A stretch of 32,000 nt of DNA from Synechocystis sp. PCC 6803 substr. PCC-P (GCF_000284455.1 NC_017039.1:2040001-2072000), one strand, 5' to 3'. Shown: positions 1 through 8,272, counted from the stretch's first letter. Numbers and translations: made by a program. Notes: generated by a model from the letters alone, not told the origin.

Positions 1-486
1 GAAAATGGAGCCGTAAACGTTGGGCTTATTCAACAGCACACAGGCATCGTTGGTTAGATAACGGGTGGGAAAATTGTCCGTACCATCGATGACAATGTCG
101 TAGGGGGCAATGATGTCTAGAGCATTGGCGGAGGAAATCTGGGTTTCGTAGAGGTCCACCTGACAGAAAGGATTAATTTCCATAATGCTCTGCTTGGCAG
201 ACTCGATTTTGGGCTTGCCTACCCAGGAAGTGCCGTGGATGATTTGCCGTTGCAGGTTGGAAGTATCAACAATGTCAAAATCCACCAAACCGATCCGTCC
301 TACCCCCGCTGCAGCCAGATAGAGTAGCAATGGGGCACCTAGACCCCCGGAACCAATGCACAGGACACTGGCGGCCTTGATACGTTTTTGGCCGTCGAGC
401 CCCACCTCCGGCAAAATAATGTGGCGGGAATACCGTTGGTAGTCGTCTTGGGAGAGTTCAATCTCTGCTAGGTTTGGGTTAAGCAT
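1..486 (-). CDS. moeB: ThiF/MoeB-family E1-like adenylyltransferase, N-terminal 162 codons (the rest of the gene lies left of the window)
   Basis: Absent from the ORF track because it runs off the window. My minus-strand translation from the ATG (complement of 484-486) gives MLNPNLAEIELSQDDYQRYSRHIILPEVGLDGQKRIKAASVLCIGSGGLGAPLLLYLAAAGVGRIGLVDFDIVDTSNLQRQIIHG... This is the YSRH plus GxGxxG Rossmann N-terminus typical of MoeB/ThiF. Confidence 0.85.
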   Translation of the reverse strand, partial: MLNPNLAEIELSQDDYQRYSRHIILPEVGLDGQKRIKAASVLCIGSGGLGAPLLLYLAAAGVGRIGLVDFDIVDTSNLQRQIIHGTSWVGKPKIESAKQSIMEINPFCQVDLYETQISSANALDIIAPYDIVIDGTDNFPTRYLTNDACVLLNKPNVYGSIF

Positions 487-621
487 TGCTGTTGTTCACG
501 GAAAATCATCGTCGGGACTATGGCCGCAACGAACCTATCATTTTAGTCTTTTTGGCGGCGGCACTACCATGGTTTTGGTGTGAAGATTGTTAAATAGAAT
601 TCTTATTTTTGCTTAAACAAT

Positions 622-1026
622 ATGGCTACTCTCCAGGATTCCCGGGATAAGAATGTGTTGGGCGGTGACCTCAAATGTTGCTGTAAGTCACCGTTGACGG
701 GCTTTTACCGTAATGGTTATTGCCAAACGGGGCCGACGGATTTCGGCCGCCATGTGGTTTGTGCCCAGGTGACAGCGGAATTTTTAGAGTTTTCCAAAGC
801 CCGGGGCAATGATCTTTCCACACCCCAACCGGCTTACCAATTTCCCGGATTAAAACCAGGGGATAAATGGTGTTTATGTGCGGCCCGCTGGCAGGAAGCA
901 AAGGATGCGGGCATGGCTCCGCTGGTGGATTTAAGTGCCACCCATGTTTCTGCGTTGGAGGTGATCAATTTGGATGCATTGATTCCCCATGCGTTGCCAG
1001 GACAATTTTCACCGGAAGAAGAATAG
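622..1026 (+). CDS. Conserved Cys-rich hypothetical protein, DUF2237-like
   Basis: 134-aa ORF with an ATG start. The motif string TGFYRNGYCQTGPTDFGRHVVCAQVTAEFLEFSKARGNDLSTP...GLKPGDKWCLCAARW matches my memory of the DUF2237 family. Its stop (1024-1026) directly abuts the ATG of the next gene. Confidence 0.75.
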   Translation: MATLQDSRDKNVLGGDLKCCCKSPLTGFYRNGYCQTGPTDFGRHVVCAQVTAEFLEFSKARGNDLSTPQPAYQFPGLKPGDKWCLCAARWQEAKDAGMAPLVDLSATHVSALEVINLDALIPHALPGQFSPEEE

Positions 1027-2010
1027 ATGATTGACCAAATTATTGATGAAGTTACGGATTCAGATCCCTATCAAGAATTGTTGGTAACGGCCGATGGCGT
1101 TGCCGAAGGCACACTGGGTGTCCGCCTGGATAAATGGTTGGCGGAACAGCTACCAGAGTTGTCCCGTTCCCGTTGTCAAAAATTGATTGAGTCGGGGCAG
1201 GTGCAACGCAATGGGTTAGTTTGTCAGGATAAAAACTTGATCCTCAAAACTGGCGATCGCCTGGTGGTTAATATTCCTGAGTTGATTCCTTTGGATGTGG
1301 TGGCCCAGAATATTCCCTTGGATATTTTGTATGAGGATGAACAGTTAATTATCATCAACAAGCCAGCGGGATTGGTGGTGCATCCCGGCCCTGGTCATCC
1401 CGACGGCACAGTGGTTAATGCTTTGTTGGCCCATTGTCCCGATTTGGCTGGCATTGGCGGCGTGCAAAGACCGGGCATTGTCCACCGTTTGGATAAAGAC
1501 ACCACTGGAGCGATGGTGGTGGCCAAAACTGAATTAGCACTGCATAACCTACAGGTTCAACTCAAGGAGAAAACTGCTCGCCGTCTGTATTGGGGCATTG
1601 TTTATGGATCTCCAAAGGAAATTCAAGGCACGGTCAATCTCCCCGTGGGCCGTCATCCCGGCGATCGCCAGAAAATGGGTATTGTCCCGGTGGAAAAAGG
1701 GGGTCGGGAAGCGGTTACCCATTGGCGACTGTTGGAAAGGATTGGGAACCACAGTTGGTTGGAATTTCAGCTAGAAACGGGCCGTACCCACCAAATTCGG
1801 GTACACAGTAAGCAAATGGGCCATCCTTTGGTAGGGGATAATCTCTACACTTCCCCTGGCAGTGTCAACGTCAACCTGCCCGGCCAAGCCCTCCATGCCC
1901 ACCAGCTTTCCCTCATCCATCCGGTGAGCGGAGAAATAATTACGGCGATCGCCCCTATGCCAGCCCATTTTGAAAAGCTGTTGGTTTATTTGCGGCAAAG
2001 AATTCCCTAA
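1027..2010 (+). CDS. rluD: 23S rRNA pseudouridine synthase, RluA/RluD family (S4 domain plus catalytic domain)
   Basis: 327 aa. An N-terminal S4-like RNA-binding region is followed by the catalytic motif GIVHRLDKDTTGAMVVAK and a C-terminal TGRTHQIRVH motif. Confidence 0.9.
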   Translation: MIDQIIDEVTDSDPYQELLVTADGVAEGTLGVRLDKWLAEQLPELSRSRCQKLIESGQVQRNGLVCQDKNLILKTGDRLVVNIPELIPLDVVAQNIPLDILYEDEQLIIINKPAGLVVHPGPGHPDGTVVNALLAHCPDLAGIGGVQRPGIVHRLDKDTTGAMVVAKTELALHNLQVQLKEKTARRLYWGIVYGSPKEIQGTVNLPVGRHPGDRQKMGIVPVEKGGREAVTHWRLLERIGNHSWLEFQLETGRTHQIRVHSKQMGHPLVGDNLYTSPGSVNVNLPGQALHAHQLSLIHPVSGEIITAIAPMPAHFEKLLVYLRQRIP

Positions 2011-2134
2011 ATGTTGCTATGGATGCAAGGAAGGGATAAATAGACTCTAACCAAACTGAATGTGGTCTAATTTTGGCCACATCAAGGAAGGCTCGAAAAT
2101 TAATTAAATTAGGAGCTGAATTAGCTTAGGAGAG

Positions 2135-2866
2135 TTAATAAGCCCCATTATTGTTGGGAAACAGCATCACACCCAGGGTTTTAGCGATGATCAGTAAATC
2201 CAACGTCATGGTGCGGTAATAGACGTAATAAACATCAATTTGCACCCGCTCAGGATAGGGAATATCGTTGCGGCCAGAAACCTGCCATAAGCCGGTTAGC
2301 CCTGGCTTAATGCTCAGAACTTGGTTAATTTGACGTCCATACTTGTGCAACTCCTCCGGCACCAAGGGACGGGGCCCCACCAAGCTCATATCCCCCTTGA
2401 GCACATTCCAGAATTGAGGAAATTCATCCAGGCTAGTCAGGCGCAAAAATTTGCCAATCCAGGTAATGCGGGGATCATTACGGAGTTTGAAGTTCTTTTC
2501 AAATTCTTCTCTGGTTTGAGGACAGCCCGCCATCAGCTTTTCCAACACCTCATCGGCATTGGTGACCATGGTGCGGAACTTAATACATTTGAAACGTTTA
2601 AATTTGCGCCCCACCCTTTCTTGCACATAGAAAATAGGCCCCGGAGAGCTGACCGCAATCATTAGGGCGATCGCCAGGTAGAGGGGGGAACAGAGAACCA
2701 GTACCGACAGGGAGAAACAGATATCGAATACCCTTTTAGCCACGGTTCCGGTGAGGGAACTGGAGCGGGAACCTTGATACCTTCTCGGAGAGACCGTTGG
2801 ATAAAATCCGCGTCTCATCAAAGCACGGAGGGCTTTTACAGAGATCGGTGAGCTATTGGCAGTCAT
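2135..2866 (-). CDS. Small monotopic phosphoglycosyl transferase (bacterial sugar transferase, PglC/WbaP-C-terminal type; undecaprenyl-phosphate hexose-1-phosphate transferase)
   Basis: 243 aa. It has a single hydrophobic re-entrant helix (VFDICFSLSVLVLCSPLYLAIALMIAV), then PGPIFYVQERVG, KFRTM, LDEFPQFWNVLKGDMSLVGPRP and GLTGLWQVSGRN. These are the classic bacterial sugar transferase motifs. Confidence 0.85.
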   Translation of the reverse strand: MTANSSPISVKALRALMRRGFYPTVSPRRYQGSRSSSLTGTVAKRVFDICFSLSVLVLCSPLYLAIALMIAVSSPGPIFYVQERVGRKFKRFKCIKFRTMVTNADEVLEKLMAGCPQTREEFEKNFKLRNDPRITWIGKFLRLTSLDEFPQFWNVLKGDMSLVGPRPLVPEELHKYGRQINQVLSIKPGLTGLWQVSGRNDIPYPERVQIDVYYVYYRTMTLDLLIIAKTLGVMLFPNNNGAY

Positions 2867-2965
2867 CGTACTCCATCACACATCACACCATATGGTCCTA
2901 ATCATAAAGCCTGAATCGACAATTGTTACGATTCTTTGCTAAATAACTGAGGACTCCCACCGCCA

Positions 2966-4102
2966 CTAAGTCCGACGAGGGGCTTGATGACAGTATTTTT
3001 CCAGCAACGCCAGATACGACGTTTGAAATATTTTAGAAGAAAAACGGTTTGCTTGCAGGAAACAGTTCTCTGAACTGATCTGATGGCTAATGTTGGAAAA
3101 AGTTTCCACTGCTTGCACCAAAGACTCTACTGTTTGTTGATCAAACCAAATCCCGGTGGCAGTTTTGGGATTTTTTTGATAGTCAACTACGGTTTCCAAT
3201 GCCCCCCCACGGCCAAAGGCAATGACTGGGGTGCCACAGGCCTGGGCTTCCACTAGGGCAATGCCAAAATCTTCACAGGCTCCGTAAACAAAGGCTTTGG
3301 CCCTAGCCATGTAATCCTCCACTACGGCATTGGGTTGGGGCCCAAGGATCTGCACGTTGGGTTGAGCCAATTCCTGCAGGAGCGGTAAATCAGGACCATC
3401 GCCAATCACCACTAGGGGCAATTGCAACTGGTTAAAAGCCTGGACAATCAGCTTGACCTGTTTATAGCTCACTAAACGGCAGACTGTCAGGAAAAAATCA
3501 TCTTTTTTTTCTTGGTAGGTAAAACGGTCTAAATTCACGGGGGGATAGACCACATCGGCTGATCGCCGGTAGCAACGCCAAATGCGCCGGGCCGTATGCT
3601 GTGAATTGGCCAAGAAGTAATCCACTCGATTGGCGGAAATCACATCCCATTGCCGTAGTTGGTGGAGCAGGTAACGGGTCAAAATCCCCGGCAAACCCCG
3701 TCCCATCCGACTGTTGTTTAAATAGTCAAAAGTTAAATCCCAGGCATAGCGCATGGGGGTATGGCAATAGCAAATATGAACTTGGTGGGGCGCAGTCAAC
3801 ACTCCCTTGGCCACAGCATGGGAAGAGGAAAGAATAACGTCATACTGTCCCAAGTCCAATTGCTCGATCGCCAGGGGCAAAAGAGGTAAATATTTTTGCA
3901 CTCCCTGTTCTGTCCGGGGAAAATGTTGCAAAAAAGTGGTGCCAATGGAACGGCCGTAAAGATAGCTGTGGGGGTTGGTGGACTCAAAATCAATCAGGGC
4001 ATAGAGATCCGCCGTCACATGACTGAGAATCTCCTGCACCACCAATTCCGACCCCCCCGTGGCCTTCGGGGTGAGCCACTCGTGGACTAGGGCGTACCGC
4101 AT
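2966..4102 (-). CDS. Glycosyltransferase, GT-B fold, GT4-like (glycosyl transferase group 1)
   Basis: 378 aa. N-terminal GGSE motif (KATGGSELVV) and a C-terminal E-x7-E motif (CEDFGIALVEAQACGTPVIA). The start codon lies 3 nt after the pilT-like stop. Confidence 0.85.
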   Translation of the reverse strand: MRYALVHEWLTPKATGGSELVVQEILSHVTADLYALIDFESTNPHSYLYGRSIGTTFLQHFPRTEQGVQKYLPLLPLAIEQLDLGQYDVILSSSHAVAKGVLTAPHQVHICYCHTPMRYAWDLTFDYLNNSRMGRGLPGILTRYLLHQLRQWDVISANRVDYFLANSQHTARRIWRCYRRSADVVYPPVNLDRFTYQEKKDDFFLTVCRLVSYKQVKLIVQAFNQLQLPLVVIGDGPDLPLLQELAQPNVQILGPQPNAVVEDYMARAKAFVYGACEDFGIALVEAQACGTPVIAFGRGGALETVVDYQKNPKTATGIWFDQQTVESLVQAVETFSNISHQISSENCFLQANRFSSKIFQTSYLALLEKYCHQAPRRT

Positions 4103-4105
4103 GCC

Positions 4106-5392
4106 TTAGGTTCTGCCCCGCAGTCGCATGGCCATTTCATTCCGCACCGGAGCCATTTCCAAAGCTACTTCCTCGGTGATCCGCCCTTCTTGGTAGAGAT
4201 TAAATAGGGATTGGTTGGCAGTTATCATACCGTCGTACTCCCCATCCTCCATCAGTTCAGCAATTTCATCGTACTTGCCTTGGCGAATATAATCCTTGAC
4301 CGTTTCCGTATTAATCAGAATGTCATGGAAACCGGCCCGTTTCCCATCGGTAGTACGGCATAAACCTTGGGCAACGATGGCCACCAAAGATTCGGCGATC
4401 GCCGTCCGCATGGCTGGTTGTTCCTCCGCTGTGTAGAGGGTCAAAATCCTTTCTAGGGTCTTAATGGCACTGTTGGTGTGCAGGGTTCCCATGACCAAGT
4501 GACCGGTTTGGGCAGCTTTGAGGGCGGTGTTCACCGTACTCCGGTCCCGCATCTCCCCAATCAGGATAATATCCGGGTCTTCCCGCAGAGAAGCCTTCAG
4601 AGCGTTGTCGAATTCCAGGGTGTGCATGCCCACTTCCCTTTGGCGGATCAAGGAACGACGACTTTGGTGTACAAATTCAATCGGATCTTCAATGGAAATG
4701 ATGTGTTTGGCATGCTCCTTGTTGATGTAGTCCACCATAGCGGCCATGGTAGTGGATTTACCGGAACCGGTGGGCCCCGTCACTAGAATCAGGCCTTTGT
4801 GGGAGTCGGACACAGTACGCAAAATATCCGGCAAGCGCAACTGTTCCAGGGTCAAAATCTTGAGGGGAATAATCCGCAGTACCATGGCGGAGCCCAACAG
4901 ACTTTCAAGAACGTTAATCCGAATCCTGGCAAAGTCGTACTGCTTTGCTCCGTCAAATTCCAATTCCCGCTTGAATCGTTGGATTTCATCCTCAGTGAGA
5001 ATTTCCCGCAGCCAACTCATGAAAGTTTGCTGATCCGTTGGCTCATAGCGGAGGGGCACCATTTCTCCCCGGTCCCGCATGCGAGGCACCTCCCCTATCC
5101 CCAGGTGAACATCGGAAAAACCTTGGTCAAAGGCACTGCGAATTAACTCCTCCAGACTAGGTTGTCCTGGCGATCGCCCTAGGTTGGCATGGCTTGGGGC
5201 TGGTGGGCTAGTGGGTAAATTGGGTGTCGGGGGACGATGTTGCGGTTGGGGCTGGCCAATGCTGGGGGGAGCTGGCATAAACTGAGTTTCCGGAGCCATA
5301 CTTTCTTGCCGAATGGACGACGCAGGTCGCCCAGCAGGATTGTTGGGAAGGGGGGGCAACGGGGGAACAGAGGGGCGGGGAGGTTGGTTCAT
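4106..5392 (-). CDS. pilT2: PilT-family type IV pilus retraction ATPase paralogue with a roughly 85-aa Pro-rich N-terminal extension
   Basis: 428 aa. Walker A GPTGSGKSTT, Walker B/Asp box DPDIILIGEMRD and the His box TGHLVMGTLHTNSA are present. The N-terminus (MNQPPRPSVPPLPPLPNNPAGRP...PPTPNLPTSPPAPS) is low-complexity. Size and extension match my memory of Synechocystis PilT2. Confidence 0.85.
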   Translation of the reverse strand: MNQPPRPSVPPLPPLPNNPAGRPASSIRQESMAPETQFMPAPPSIGQPQPQHRPPTPNLPTSPPAPSHANLGRSPGQPSLEELIRSAFDQGFSDVHLGIGEVPRMRDRGEMVPLRYEPTDQQTFMSWLREILTEDEIQRFKRELEFDGAKQYDFARIRINVLESLLGSAMVLRIIPLKILTLEQLRLPDILRTVSDSHKGLILVTGPTGSGKSTTMAAMVDYINKEHAKHIISIEDPIEFVHQSRRSLIRQREVGMHTLEFDNALKASLREDPDIILIGEMRDRSTVNTALKAAQTGHLVMGTLHTNSAIKTLERILTLYTAEEQPAMRTAIAESLVAIVAQGLCRTTDGKRAGFHDILINTETVKDYIRQGKYDEIAELMEDGEYDGMITANQSLFNLYQEGRITEEVALEMAPVRNEMAMRLRGRT

Positions 5393-6018
5393 GGGATTTT
5401 TTCACCGGATTTTGCACTTGTGGCACAGCTAACCCCCGGTAAACCTTTGATGCAGACAGAGGAGACGATACAGCCTGCAGCAACGAATATAACCGGTCGA
5501 ATTCAATGGGGACATTGGGGACATTATTTAATAGGTTAAAGACTTTTTTCTGTTTTTCGTCAGTTGTTTAACAAAACGACGCATTTGTTTCCCCACGTTT
5601 GTCCCTATGTCCTTAATGAGATTCAAGCGACAAATTGTTAACAAATGTAAAACTAACTGAGTCTTGCATTAATTGCCTTCTCCATGCCGTCTCCAGCACA
5701 AAAAAGAAAAATGTGGGGATCAAAGCTAAACGACAAACTAGCCATGAAATCAGGCTTTAAACTGAGATAAATAGAGTTGAGGTTAATTTTTACCTATGGC
5801 TGGGAAACAGCAGAGTGTAAGAATAATGAATAAATGTCAATGATTAAATGTAAATAATTATAAAGAAATCTCAGTTTCTCGAAGTCGTTGCCTATACTGG
5901 ACTCAACAGCCCCCAGTCGGAGCCTTCAATTTGGGCACCGTTGTTTGGGGTCTGCCTCACCCGATTGTTGTTGTTGGAGTTAATAGTTATGGAGCTTTCG
6001 TCAAGGGAAGGAGTAGGA

Positions 6019-6363
6019 ATGAGCTATATGCTCGTCCTAATGAAGAGTTTTTCTGTTTGGACTTTCACCCTGTTAGTTTGTCTATTGGTGGTCGGTTTCC
6101 CGCTGGTGTTTTTGGTCGCTACAGTGGGGGTTTTGGCGACGGTGGTATTACAGTCAGTTTTACCGATGAGTGCTGTGCTCTTAGTAGCCAGCAGTCTTTT
6201 GGGAGGGACAGTTTTATTGGTTCTTTCTGGGGCCGCCACCTTGACCGCCAAAGGAATCCATCCTCAGGAAGTGCGTTGGTTAAGTTGGCTCCATGGGGAA
6301 ACTAATTTAATTCATAAACCCATGTTTGCATCCTGCCCGTTGACGTGCAGTCTCATTCAGTGA
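6019..6363 (+). CDS. Small hydrophobic membrane protein, function unknown
   Basis: I trimmed the track ORF 5941..6363 (TTG start) to the ATG at 6019, which follows a strong SD (AAGGAG at 6007-6012). The product MSYMLVLMKSFSVWTFTLLVCLLVVGFPLVFLVATVGVLATVVL... has about 3 predicted TM helices. Confidence 0.5.
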   Translation: MSYMLVLMKSFSVWTFTLLVCLLVVGFPLVFLVATVGVLATVVLQSVLPMSAVLLVASSLLGGTVLLVLSGAATLTAKGIHPQEVRWLSWLHGETNLIHKPMFASCPLTCSLIQ

Positions 6364-6450
6364 TTAATTTTTGTCGATCTTTTGCTTAATTTAATTCTCA
6401 GCTTTTCCAAAGCCCAAACGCTTTTGTTTGACTTCTTGCCTGTTCTTATC

Positions 6451-6510
6451 AACCCCGTCTGAAGCAGCCTATGCCCAAGTCGGGGTTAATTATTTGTGTT
6501 TTATTTTTCC
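6451..6510 (+). terminator. Candidate intrinsic terminator after the 6019..6363 gene
   Basis: A 7-bp stem AACCCCG (6451-6457) / CGGGGTT (6481-6487) is followed by a T-rich tail, AATTATTTGTGTTTTATTTTT. The 23-nt loop is large, so confidence is modest. Confidence 0.35.
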
Positions 6511-6522
6511 GCCGTTGAAGAG

Positions 6523-7158
6523 CTAGGGCATCAACAATTGGGCATCCCCCGGCTGGGAAAGTCCAGGTTGATTGGGAGCTGTAACGGCTGGGGGCGCCGT
6601 TGGATTCTGATCACCTTGTTCCCCCGAACCAGAATCTGTTCCATTGGATGCGGCCTGGGGGCGATAAAGTTCGGCGAGAAAATCTACTAATTCCTGCCGT
6701 TGTTTCCGATTTAGCCCGGCAATAAGTTGGCGATCGCCATCGAGGGGACTTGTTTGGAGAGTGGAAAAACCGGGATAACGCTCCGGCACCATTTGATCAT
6801 TGGCACCAAGGTAATCCGCTAGGGTTAAACGCCAATCAAAACGATAGCGGGTTGGCCTTTTTTGTATATCGCGGTGATATCGGATCATCCGACTGATCAG
6901 GGTATTCTCCGGATCTGGGCTACCATCGCTTTGGCGGCGGTAATCGTTACCCTTGGGCAAATCGGGAAAACGAGCGTAAACCTGCTGAGCAATTATTTCC
7001 ACCACCACCGTATATCCTCCGGCGGGCACTCCCTGAGCGGGCGGGGCCGGCTGAGCCTGGGAAACAGCCCCCCACTGTCCGGGACTATGGAGTAGCATGG
7101 TGAGCAAAAAGCTCAGACAACCCAATAGTAACGTCAGGGGAAAAAGGGGCTTAAACAT
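6523..7158 (-). CDS. Secreted or periplasmic hypothetical protein with a G/P/Q-rich C-terminal tail
   Basis: I trimmed the track ORF 6523..7221 to the ATG at 7156-7158. The longer form would overlap rpoZ by 50 nt. The trimmed product begins with a signal-peptide-like MFKPLFPLTLLLGCLSFLLTMLLHSPG. The start lies 13 nt after the rpoZ stop. Confidence 0.6.
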   Translation of the reverse strand: MFKPLFPLTLLLGCLSFLLTMLLHSPGQWGAVSQAQPAPPAQGVPAGGYTVVVEIIAQQVYARFPDLPKGNDYRRQSDGSPDPENTLISRMIRYHRDIQKRPTRYRFDWRLTLADYLGANDQMVPERYPGFSTLQTSPLDGDRQLIAGLNRKQRQELVDFLAELYRPQAASNGTDSGSGEQGDQNPTAPPAVTAPNQPGLSQPGDAQLLMP

Positions 7159-7171
7159 GGAACTGGGGGAA

Positions 7172-7402
7172 TTAATTATCGCTAATAATTTCTGGGCGGG
7201 TGAGCTCGTCGGACATTTCAATGATGGCCCGGATAGCCGGCTTCATGTTGGGATCGTCAATGCTGTCAAAATCTTCGGAGCGATTTTCCTTGGCTCGCTT
7301 GGCTACCCTGACAGTAATGTTGTAGCGGTTTGATGCGGCTCCTAGGAGCTCTTCGGAACGATAAATAATGTGGTTAGAATCCAAATTACTACGCTTGGTC
7401 AT
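7172..7402 (-). CDS. rpoZ: DNA-directed RNA polymerase omega subunit
   Basis: 76 aa. [16 protein letters not shown]...[11 protein letters not shown] is the conserved omega (RpoZ/ycf61) core as found in cyanobacteria. Confidence 0.85.
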   Translation of the reverse strand: MTKRSNLDSNHIIYRSEELLGAASNRYNITVRVAKRAKENRSEDFDSIDDPNMKPAIRAIIEMSDELTRPEIISDN

Positions 7403-7570
7403 GGTAAACAGGCGATCGCCATTCGGAAAAGCAAAAAAGCAGAAACCGGGTGGAAGAAAAATCCGCAGAATACGCTTCCCAGTCTAGCGGAAAATTACCT
7501 CGGCTCCATCCCAACTGACCTAATATTGACCCTCCCCTCTATCGACATATCGACAGTGCATCCATTAACC

Positions 7571-7957
7571 ATGGACGAAAATATCGGCCTAAGCCTAGGC
7601 ATCGAACAATTTAACCGGCAAGATTTTTACGCCTGCCATAACACCCTCGAAGCAGTGTGGCTAGAGGCTAACCCGACGGAGAAAAATTTCTACCAAGGTA
7701 TTTTGCAAATTGCCGTAGCCCACTATCATCTTGGCAATCACAATTGGCGGGGAGCAGTGACTTTACTGGGGGAGGGTATCCGCCGCTTGAAGGGTTTTCG
7801 CCCTGACCATCGGGAAGTGGATATAGAGAGTTTATTTCGGTCCAGCGTTTTGCTGTTAGAGAATCTACAAACTATTACGCCAGAAAATCTCCCCCAATGG
7901 TTAGAATCCGCTGCAGCGGAACAACTAACCCCCCAAATTGAGATTAAGTCGAAATAG
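7571..7957 (+). CDS. DUF309-family hypothetical protein
   Basis: I trimmed the track ORF 7370..7957 to the ATG at 7571, because the upstream part overlaps rpoZ and its promoter. GIEQFNRQDFYACHNTLEAVWLEANPTEKNFYQGILQIAVAHYHLGNHNWRGA matches the DUF309 helical-repeat signature from memory. Confidence 0.7.
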   Translation: MDENIGLSLGIEQFNRQDFYACHNTLEAVWLEANPTEKNFYQGILQIAVAHYHLGNHNWRGAVTLLGEGIRRLKGFRPDHREVDIESLFRSSVLLLENLQTITPENLPQWLESAAAEQLTPQIEIKSK

Positions 7958-8009
7958 TGCCAAAAAGATCCAAACACTGTGCTAGCATGGTTAATGCCGA
8001 AAGCGAAAC

Positions 8010-8083
8010 GGCGAGCGTAGCCAAGGGGTTAAGGCAGAGGATTGTGGTTCCTCCACTCGTGGGTTCGAATCCCATCGTTCGCC
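8010..8083 (+). tRNA. trnH: tRNA-His (anticodon GUG) with a genome-encoded G-1 and no encoded CCA
   Basis: I folded the cloverleaf by hand. The acceptor is GCGAGCG / CGTTCGC, with an extra 5' G (8010) opposite discriminator C (8083). The D stem is GCC/GGC. The anticodon stem is GAGGA/TCCTC with loop TTGTGGT (anticodon GTG at 8044-8046). The T arm is GTGGG-TTCGAAT-CCCAT. Confidence 0.93.
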
Positions 8084-8242
8084 CTTACAGATACGGTTGG
8101 AAACCATGGCTCGCACCATCTGTGTCTATAGGAAAATTTAAGTATTTTTCAAAAATTCTTAGATTACCTAAATGTCAATTTAAGTATGGGCTATTCCCCC
8201 AGGTTTTTGGGTACTTGTTTACCCTAGCCAGTTTTATGGCTT

Positions 8243-8272
8243 TTTACAAAACTTTGCCTGAGCCGCTATAGT
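8243..8272 (+). promoter_or_regulatory. Candidate sigma70-type promoter for the 8323 gene
   Basis: TTTACA (8243-8248), an 18-nt spacer, then TATAGT (8267-8272), about 50 nt upstream of the ATG at 8323. This is a motif match only. Confidence 0.3.

Noticed and set aside
487-621. Possible Moco riboswitch or defined promoter in the moeB/DUF2237 divergent spacer (TAGAAT at 595-600)
   Set aside because: I cannot recognise riboswitch conserved elements by eye, the spacer is short, and the -10-like hexamer lacks a convincing -35. Not supported.
2060-2082. Hairpin ATGTGGTC-TAATTTT-GGCCACAT between the convergent rluD and sugar-transferase genes, considered as a bidirectional terminator
   Set aside because: On the plus strand no U-tract follows it. 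On the minus strand the stem has a C-A mismatch and only a weak U-rich tail. This is too weak to call.
5684-5770. 28-codon very basic small ORF (MPSPAQKRKMWGSKLNDKLAMKSGFKLR) in the long pilT-upstream spacer
   Set aside because: It has no SD and no supporting feature, and an ORF of this length is expected by chance in 600 bp. It is not reported as a gene.
5931-6305. 124-aa alternative-frame ORF, and the TTG-initiated 5941 extension of the membrane-protein ORF
   Set aside because: The frame with the ATG at 6019 has a strong AAGGAG SD and gives coherent TM helices. The other frame and the upstream extension lack an RBS and have odd composition.
7957-8271. 104-aa plus-strand ORF from the track
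   Set aside because: It runs straight through the well-folded tRNA-His gene (8010-8083) and an AT-rich spacer. It has no RBS and its composition is unlike a real protein, so it is spurious.
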